Of a stretch of DNA of 64,000 nt, positions 58,201 through 64,000 are shown one piece after another. The position numbers and the translations under genes were made by a program. Source of the stretch: a bacterium (GTDB taxonomy: Bacteria > Hydrothermota > UBA3073 > JACQXS01 > JAQTXJ01). Under the pieces are notes generated by a model. That model was not told the origin of the DNA. It saw nothing but the letters and a program-made list of their open reading frames with translations, and made no database searches. Where the stretch lies: assembly GCA_028716385.1 (NCBI GenBank), contig JAQUPX010000001.1, positions 282,775 through 346,774 of the forward strand. The letters are read 5' to 3'. Each line of letters starts with the position of its first letter. Position 1 is the stretch's first letter.

Positions 58201-61200
58201 TCCCATCGTTACCGCCATTGCAATTCACGTATTTTACGGATTTGTATGTGATATAAGGCACAGGCGTACTCCATGGACCAATATTGCCAGACCTATCTAT
58301 TGCACAAACAGCATAATAATACATCCAGTCGACTGGCGCCCACTCATACCATGTCCTTTGAATAGGAGAAAATGTTGTAGCTAGATTAAACGTGTTTGGC
58401 GAGTTACTCGCACTCACAAAATAGCCGCCTAAATACGGTTCATGGTTAGATTCGCCAGTACCTGCCTCTGTAAATGGAGTAGCATCCCACACACAACGAA
58501 TAATGCCACCTCTGCCTCTAAAGAAAGACACGCCTGTTACCTGAGGAGGCTTCAAGATATTATTAGCACCGGTTTTTACAAAACTACCAGAAGGAGGCGG
58601 TGTTTCACTAAAAGAAGCAGGCTCTGAAGGTATTTCATTGGTGCCAACAGCATTAACCGCTCTAATTGCATAATAATAATCCCGTCCAACCTCACCGGTA
58701 AAGTCCTGGTAATTCAGCCCCGATGTGTTGCCAATATATTCATAATCTCCGTTACTGCTTACTTCCGAACGATAAATATAATATTCTAGGGCATAGGGAA
58801 CGGAGTTCCAACTTATAAAACCACTTTTTTCACCATGGTCTATGGGATAAGGAATACGTGACATTACGCTAGGTGCAATAGGCCTATTAGTAATAGGCAT
58901 TAATCCCCATGGTCTGGATTTGGCAGGCCCAATCCAGAATTGTGCTCGGTTTTCCCCCCCGTCATCCCATATGACTTTTACTTTGTACCAATATGGAATG
59001 TTAAAACAAACAGTATTATCCGTATACCCATAGAAATTAAAGCCGTTGTTTGTCGCATTAATTACACTGCCCGGAACCTCTTCAAACGGACCTTCCTCGC
59101 ATATACTGCGATATACAATATACTTAGTTATCTTATCGCTTACACCGCTTGTCCATGTTTCTTCTCCGGTAATCCAGCCTATGCTGACACCTCCTTCATA
59201 CCCTTCTGCCCAAATATTACCTAACAATGGAGCATAATACCTGCCAAGGAGTGTACCTTCTTCAACGTCTATGTTTGGACGTCTTCCTCCGGAATATGCC
59301 ATCCAGCCTTTTTCGCCGTTACTGCATACACAATAAAGATCATTATTCTTTAAGAAATATTCATGTTCCCATTCTGCATATGTTTTGTAAATTGCATCTG
59401 ATGTGCCAACGTAGAATGTTCCTTTCTCGCCGCCGCCGATACTTCCATATTTAACATCAGTGAACCATGTAGGATACATTATCCTGCCGTCAAAATTAAT
59501 ATCTACTGAAGTCGAATTCCACGCAGAGCCGGAACTTGCCCCAACCCCTCCCGTGGAAATTCCCATTATTGCGTCGTCTATAGCTCCGCCTGATCCTGTA
59601 ATTCCAAAATTTGCATGTCTGACATCTGCCCAGTTGACAGGAGCGTTTACCCAATCACTTTGTCCCCAACCCCAGGGATACGGATTATGTCCCGGTTCAT
59701 CATTCCTGAATGTATTAAAAGATGCAGCAGTTGTCTCATTCCATTTGGTCCAAGTTATGCCTCCATTCTTTGTCTGCGCCACACACCCTCTGTTGTCCGT
59801 TGTTATCCAAACGTTATTGCCAAGCAGATTGTTTTTGTCTACCCATATACCTCTTACACAGTCGGAAAAATGCTCTGGTGTGTTTGGGACGGGTTTTGTA
59901 GTTATATTTGCCTTCCAAGTTTGTCCAAAATCTACTGATTTTAATACATATCCTCCGGATGCTCCTATGTATCCAACCTGGTCATTTGCAAAATCCACAC
60001 AATAGAAAGCAAGGTTATTATTGTCTGCACCCACTATATTATCCGAATATAAAAAAGATTGCCCTCCTCCTGTTTTTTCAAGTTTTGCTATAATTCCTCG
60101 CACACCTGTATAAGTTATATCCGTGCTTACTTTTACATTTGTCCCTACGACATATGCATAGTCCTGCGTCTCGCATACTCCATAAAAATCCCAATCATTT
60201 CCACAACCCGTTACCGGGGTCCACTTTGAATATGCATCTTTTTTTAAGATTAATCCTTTATCTCCAACTGCATAGTTTTCACTAACTGCTCTTATAATTT
60301 GGTTATTGGAACCAAAATCCGGCTGTTGATTAAACCAACCGGAAGTAAATAAAGGGTCAAGTTTGTCGTCAAAAATAAATAAGCCGAAAGTATTACTATA
60401 AGAACCAGGTAGTGCTATTTCTAAATCACCATCGTTATCTATATCCCCTATTGCAAGCTCATGAATAGTAGTACCTATGGATAAAGTGTACGCGGTTTCC
60501 CATAAAAAACTTCCGTCATAATTAAGGCAAAGAAGACAATATTTTAACGCAACAAACGGATCTAGAGAAATAATTATTTCTGGGTTAGGAGTTAGGTCAT
60601 TTATATTGGCAACCGTTATAGAAAGACTTGTTGTAGCGATGCCGGTTAAAGCATAAGTCCATTTGAAGCTACCATCATGATATAAAGAATAAATTTGAGT
60701 CCCAGACGCAAAAATTATTTCATCATAAGGATTGTTGTCTATATTCGCTATTGCCGGGGAAGAAATAATTCTGTTTCCTGTTGTATAACTCCATCTGCAA
60801 GAACCATTTGTGTTTAACAGATATACTTTGTTATCATCCGAACCGGCTACTATTTCCAAAGTGGAGTTATTATTATCTATATCCGTTATTGCCGGGGAAA
60901 ACCTTACTTTGTCTCCTGTTGCATAATTCCATCTGCAAGAACCATTTGCATTTAATACGTATACATTGTTGTCATAAGAGCCGACCACTATTTCTAAAGC
61001 AGTGTTATTATTATCTATATCCGCTATTGCCGGGGAAGATTCTACGTCGCCTCCTGTTGCATAAGTCCATCTAAAAGAACCATTTGCATTTAATACATAT
61101 ACATTGTTATCATCAGAGCCGAATACTATTTCTAAAGGACCGTTATTATTATCTATATCCGTTATTGCCGGGGAAGATTCTATTTTATCTCCTGTTGGAG

Positions 61201-61642
61201 TCGAATAAGACCATAAACAATTGCCATCATGGTCAAGGGCATAAATTTTGCCATCCCAACTTCCAAAAACTATCTCAAGATCACCATCTCCGTTTATGTC
61301 TCCTACTGCCGGGGCAGAGGATACACCCTCCCATGGACTGGTGGGTGCATAATTCCAAAGGTCACTGCCATTATGGTCTATCGCATATACCCTTCCTTCA
61401 AAATTTACCATAGATTGCGCATTGTAAGTTCCAAGTATTGTTTCTAAATATCCATCCCCATTAATATCCGCAAGAACTCCTCCCGATTTAGCCGTGAGCG
61501 TATTTAAACGAGCAGTTTTAAATATCGGTGCAGTACTCATTTTCCCTGTTCCAATATTCTGGAAATTTGTATTACGTAAATCATGCCCATGCTTAGGCCA
61601 TGCCGAAAGACTCATTACTGCTAAAAGATAAACATACCACAT
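55289..61642 (-). CDS. giant multi-domain surface protein (propeller repeats, beta-helix, Gly-rich repeats) with T9SS C-terminal tail
   Basis: 2117 aa; AAGGAGGT 5 nt upstream; N-terminal IDNNNxxLEIVxGSDDNxVYVLNxNGS repeats; central pectate-lyase-like block; Gly-rich GGxGxxG segments; C-terminal LKLYDLTGRCIKTL...GIYFAKFKAGEYKETKKLILMK. Confidence 0.7.
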   Translation of the reverse strand: MWYVYLLAVMSLSAWPKHGHDLRNTNFQNIGTGKMSTAPIFKTARLNTLTAKSGGVLADINGDGYLETILGTYNAQSMVNFEGRVYAIDHNGSDLWNYAPTSPWEGVSSAPAVGDINGDGDLEIVFGSWDGKIYALDHDGNCLWSYSTPTGDKIESSPAITDIDNNNGPLEIVFGSDDNNVYVLNANGSFRWTYATGGDVESSPAIADIDNNNTALEIVVGSYDNNVYVLNANGSCRWNYATGDKVRFSPAITDIDNNNSTLEIVAGSDDNKVYLLNTNGSCRWSYTTGNRIISSPAIANIDNNPYDEIIFASGTQIYSLYHDGSFKWTYALTGIATTSLSITVANINDLTPNPEIIISLDPFVALKYCLLCLNYDGSFLWETAYTLSIGTTIHELAIGDIDNDGDLEIALPGSYSNTFGLFIFDDKLDPLFTSGWFNQQPDFGSNNQIIRAVSENYAVGDKGLILKKDAYSKWTPVTGCGNDWDFYGVCETQDYAYVVGTNVKVSTDITYTGVRGIIAKLEKTGGGQSFLYSDNIVGADNNNLAFYCVDFANDQVGYIGASGGYVLKSVDFGQTWKANITTKPVPNTPEHFSDCVRGIWVDKNNLLGNNVWITTDNRGCVAQTKNGGITWTKWNETTAASFNTFRNDEPGHNPYPWGWGQSDWVNAPVNWADVRHANFGITGSGGAIDDAIMGISTGGVGASSGSAWNSTSVDINFDGRIMYPTWFTDVKYGSIGGGEKGTFYVGTSDAIYKTYAEWEHEYFLKNNDLYCVCSNGEKGWMAYSGGRRPNIDVEEGTLLGRYYAPLLGNIWAEGYEGGVSIGWITGEETWTSGVSDKITKYIVYRSICEEGPFEEVPGSVINATNNGFNFYGYTDNTVCFNIPYWYKVKVIWDDGGENRAQFWIGPAKSRPWGLMPITNRPIAPSVMSRIPYPIDHGEKSGFISWNSVPYALEYYIYRSEVSSNGDYEYIGNTSGLNYQDFTGEVGRDYYYAIRAVNAVGTNEIPSEPASFSETPPPSGSFVKTGANNILKPPQVTGVSFFRGRGGIIRCVWDATPFTEAGTGESNHEPYLGGYFVSASNSPNTFNLATTFSPIQRTWYEWAPVDWMYYYAVCAIDRSGNIGPWSTPVPYITYKSVKYVNCNGGNDGNSGTETSPWATIQKAANTLQPGEAVIVKGGTYHETVTPQNAGDPDDGRIVYLAAEGERVVITGDNTRDYGFNVSNKQYITIRGFEIENCKQAGILYDNSPYGEVWKSTIHHNRIGIKAYNSSLLGRENTIVANDSIGVFTNTGTGINFGNATYSNAEYNPGNNNIYANGLWNFVNTSGDTIIAQNNYWENSDSATIAGTVSGYSTFMPIKTILPLDWKLQVKATSNFAEDISNYAGVLGEASDSCDEGYDIPKYSTPPSNYVHLYFPHSEWNHPLGDKFCQDVRETVDLTDSTMVWNFEVNTDKSNENITLNILPSDVPSGYGIYLLDLGNGATQNLRTNPNYVYNSGAGGVRHFQLSVGLGGTNHGGTDWVWTTDSTRLVSGRHYNINLFKINSGATMNSVAFNGTDSTTGIIDVEAQTMQLLGTLSSTGKGNPKASGPGKGTNGTNGAGAGGGACCGQGGLGETEISGGAAYPDTLSPMAYLGCGGGNGSSYSAWGGAGGGLIKLSTATLTLSGKIESNGTDGEAGGSSYAGGGGGAGSIWITCDSIAGSGIAETNGGNGAYRSTAQGGGGSAGRLQIDYRNSSFSGKLLASGGVGAGSIYPDKAQDGQSGIIKVAQSNGNVELLVSPVNTTIGSHDRLSFVNGASFSNVKFQLDSGDSVLGNASIIANEITVGSGAVISADKKGYLTSNGTGKGTNGLNGAGAGGAGYGNTGGNGESGISGGVAYGEADSLNPTSLGSGGGAGNNYTVAPGGSGGGRLKLSANVITIDGVVSVNGEAGYKYASGYAGGAGSGGSIFISCDSLKGEGNIEAKGNDGANNTQADGGGSAGGRIALIRNVETFTGNVLVTQGIGPDNATDGGEGKICRAELGSGGSQGTMSKPLVFKLYQNYPNPFRDRTTIQYSLPKTSKVSLKLYDLTGRCIKTLVDGEKVPGCYKETLESRNYPTGIYFAKFKAGEYKETKKLILMK

Positions 61643-61714
61643 CTTACCTCCTTTGCTCTAATAAAGAGCAAGCTACCTTACAAAAAATTATCTCCTCTTC
61701 TTCTTTATAAAAAA

Positions 61715-61794
61715 CAGTTTACTTTAAATATAGATTAATGCTTTTGCAATAAAAAATCCTAGTAAAATATTAGTATTTCTAGTAAAATCTTAAC
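61715..61794 (-). promoter_or_regulatory. promoter/operator module homologous to 27991-28073 (tandem CTAGTAAAAT repeats, TTGCAA, TTTAAAGT)
   Basis: Minus-strand reading: TTTTACTAGAAATACTAATATTTTACTAGGATTTTTTATTGCAAAAGCATTAATCTATATTTAAAGTAAACTG, about 75-150 nt upstream of the giant-protein ATG. Confidence 0.45.
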
Positions 61795-61822
61795 ATTTTT
61801 AGTTGGAGTTTCCGGCCTTGGC

Positions 61823-61915
61823 GGGATTACTCCAACTTATCAGTGTTTCTGATTAGTTAGAGTTTGCGATTCGCTCGTTACTCCAACTTATCAGTGTTTC
61901 TGATTAGTTAGAGTT
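61823..61915. repeat. tandem direct repeat of ~53-bp nested-palindrome element (TTACTCCAACTTATCAGTGTTTCTGATTAGTTAGAGTT x2)
   Basis: Two adjacent copies read directly; related single copies near 33185-33245 and 9100-9185; AGTTGG and CCAACT arms flank GC-rich inner hairpins. Confidence 0.5.
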
Positions 61916-62037
61916 TTATTCCTGAAATATTCGGTTTTTTAAAATTGTTTCGGGGGAAATGTAAGCTATTTAATTGAGGATAAACAAAAAGCCCTTCCCA
62001 TCACTGGGAAGGGCTTCAAATTAACTTTTTTTATTAA

Positions 62038-64000
62038 CTACTTCATCAATATCAGTTTCTTTGTTTCTTTATAATCCCCTGCCTTAAACTTCGCAAAGTA
62101 TATACCCGTCGGATAGTCTTTTGAATTCAGTTCCGCTTTGTAATATCCCGGTAGTTGTTCCTCATCTACTAACGTCTTTACACATCTGCCGGTTAAATCA
62201 TAAAGCATTAACGATACTTTACTCGTTAAAGGTATCTGGTACTTTATAGTCGTCTTATTCCTGAATGGATTCGGATAATTCTGGAACATCTTAAACACAA
62301 ACGGCAATCCCGCATTGTTCACATAAGATACAGGTGTGAAATTCTGCAAGAGTTTTTCCTTTAAAAACGTTCCCGTATCTCCCGGTGTTGCGCCAGTTCC
62401 TCCGGAATCTCCACCCACTACGTATACTGAAATTGTGTGTGTAGTGTCAAGGCTGTCCGTGTAAAATATTACTCTTCCGCCTGCACCTCCACCTGCTTTA
62501 CAGTTGGATATAGTTCCGCCGTTTCCGCCTCTCGCGTTTACGACTCCACTTCCTTTCAGGCATTTTGCGTAGATTAAGATACTTCCGCCGCTGGCTCCGC
62601 CGCCTGCATAACCGGTCTGTGACGTTCCGTTGCTTCCTTTTACGGATAACGTTCCGTCAAGCACTATCGTTCCGGCATCGCATTCAAGCTCAATTGCTCC
62701 ACCACCGTTTCCGCCGCCGTATCTGTATCCCGAGACGTTTGCAAAGTCTCCGCCGCCGCTTCCCAAACTATCCGGCATAAAAGAATCAGGATATGCAATT
62801 CCGCCGTCTCCGACTCCACCCTGTGTATGATAACTTCCCCATCCGCCTAAATTACCGTATCCCGCTCCGCCTGCTCCGTGTGAGCTTGAGCCGGTATGTC
62901 CGTAACCGGTCCCCTGGTTATGGGCATATCCTTTTTCATCTGCCAGGATATAAGAGGAGGTGTTTACTATAATAGAGTCTCTTGCTCTTGCCCTGAAGTT
63001 TCCTACTATACTATCTCCGCTTGTTAATCTTATATATTTATCCGTGAATTCAATTCCTTTTACAAAACCGTATCTGCTATCAGTCGAGCTGAATGTCTGC
63101 ACGGGAGATAAGATAATCTTTACCGAATCATCCGTCTGGTGAATCAATGCCGTTCCCATCTGTCCTGTCTGTGCATTGTCATAAGCAAGTCCACCCGACA
63201 CATCCACTCTTCCCGTAAACGAAGATTGTTGATACCAGACGTTCAATCTTCCGCCTGAGCCGCCGCCACCGTCAGCTGTCCCATTTGCTCCGTTTCCACC
63301 TTTACAGGACACAAGTCCGTTTCCTGTTAATTTATTAGTCTGTAGCCATACAGAGCCGCCTGCTCCTCCACCTGCTGCTTTGTTGCCTGATCCGGAGCCT
63401 GTTTTCCCGTCACTCTTGATTGTTCCTGCTACGTTTATAGTTCCTGAAGATATTAATCTGATAATTCCTCCGCCTGCTCCGCCTTTGTATGCAAGAGTTA
63501 CGTCGGAGTTACCTCCACCGCTTCCAAGGTCACATGGGTTTTCCAAATTGCCATAAGCAAACCCGCCGTATTTACTTGTATCGCCTTGTAAGTTACAACC
63601 ACCTGCTCCACCTCTGCCTCCATATCCAGCACCGCCTGCTCCGTATGCAGATGCGCCCATAGTGCCTGCTCCTGTGCCTTCGCCTGCCAGGTAACCTGCA
63701 GAGTCTGCCGAGAATGTGCCTTCAATGTCAAAGCTATCGGCTTCTATTGCAATCCAGCCGGTAGTATTGATTGATTTCGGTGCGACTTTTGCGGTCTTAC
63801 CGCTGTTGATTTTAAATGTCCCTACATTCCAGTAAGTGCCGTAGATTGTGGTGTCATTGGCGATTGTCCAGTCAGCATCCTTTAAGTCTATTCCGAAAGG
63901 CTCTCTTACTATTTTTCCTATTAGCTTTAATGAATCGGTATTGAAACTGCCCCAGTAATTTGCCTGTGCCATTATGCTGTCTTGTGTGTTGTTGAATAAA
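62038..64000 (-). CDS. Gly-rich beta-helix-like surface protein with T9SS C-terminal tail (5' end probably beyond window)
   Basis: Frame stays open upstream of the first Met (63972) to the window edge; no signal peptide at that Met; Gly-rich repeats resemble the giant protein; C-terminal LMLYDLTGRCVKTL...GIYFAKFKAGDYKETKKLILMK. Confidence 0.6.
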   Translation of the reverse strand, partial: LFNNTQDSIMAQANYWGSFNTDSLKLIGKIVREPFGIDLKDADWTIANDTTIYGTYWNVGTFKINSGKTAKVAPKSINTTGWIAIEADSFDIEGTFSADSAGYLAGEGTGAGTMGASAYGAGGAGYGGRGGAGGCNLQGDTSKYGGFAYGNLENPCDLGSGGGNSDVTLAYKGGAGGGIIRLISSGTINVAGTIKSDGKTGSGSGNKAAGGGAGGSVWLQTNKLTGNGLVSCKGGNGANGTADGGGGSGGRLNVWYQQSSFTGRVDVSGGLAYDNAQTGQMGTALIHQTDDSVKIILSPVQTFSSTDSRYGFVKGIEFTDKYIRLTSGDSIVGNFRARARDSIIVNTSSYILADEKGYAHNQGTGYGHTGSSSHGAGGAGYGNLGGWGSYHTQGGVGDGGIAYPDSFMPDSLGSGGGDFANVSGYRYGGGNGGGAIELECDAGTIVLDGTLSVKGSNGTSQTGYAGGGASGGSILIYAKCLKGSGVVNARGGNGGTISNCKAGGGAGGRVIFYTDSLDTTHTISVYVVGGDSGGTGATPGDTGTFLKEKLLQNFTPVSYVNNAGLPFVFKMFQNYPNPFRNKTTIKYQIPLTSKVSLMLYDLTGRCVKTLVDEEQLPGYYKAELNSKDYPTGIYFAKFKAGDYKETKKLILMK

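Noticed and set aside
1-64000. rRNA, tRNA, tmRNA, transposase or integrase genes
   Set aside because: No cloverleaf-like or rRNA-like conserved stretches recognised by eye and no ORF with DDE, tyrosine or serine recombinase motifs; absence is by inspection only and should be confirmed with tRNAscan-SE/Infernal

Overview
AT-rich 64 kb window with very few gaps between genes, read by eye from the sequence and the six-frame track; no searches were run, so all family assignments are motif-level recognitions. It looks like a cell-surface/secretome island of an uncultivated FCB-group bacterium: 18 proteins end in the same ~80-aa Por/T9SS-type C-terminal sorting tail, and several genes carry clear Shine-Dalgarno sites, which argues against classical Bacteroidetes. 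Contents in order: T9SS cargo genes (1-3651); five tandem glycine-zipper membrane paralogs (3812-7199); a two-component operon of response regulator, four tandem STAS-like paralogs plus a deleted fifth copy, cytoplasmic PAS histidine kinase and second response regulator (9377-13130); a fibre-like repeat protein with a phage-tail-fibre-type self-cleaving chaperone domain (13545-15725); and, bracketed by two inverted paralogous propeller genes (17109-18596 and 29316-30824), the most interesting candidate system. That candidate is a RiPP-like cluster on the minus strand: methyltransferase, an unannotated 47-codon ORF with a strong ribosome-binding site, a radical-SAM/SPASM enzyme, an ABC exporter, a full-length YcaO protein and a predicted outer-membrane protein. 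The rest is a 17 kb run of T9SS cargo genes whose tail-coding 3' ends are near-identical and mosaic, an AlbA_2-type regulator, a second ABC exporter/Zn-peptidase/redoxin/NHL/methyltransferase group, and a 2117-aa T9SS giant protein whose promoter shares a ~75-bp module with the promoter of the small ORF. Intergenic DNA is packed with GC-rich hairpin repeat families. No rRNA, tRNA, CRISPR array, integrase or transposase was recognised.
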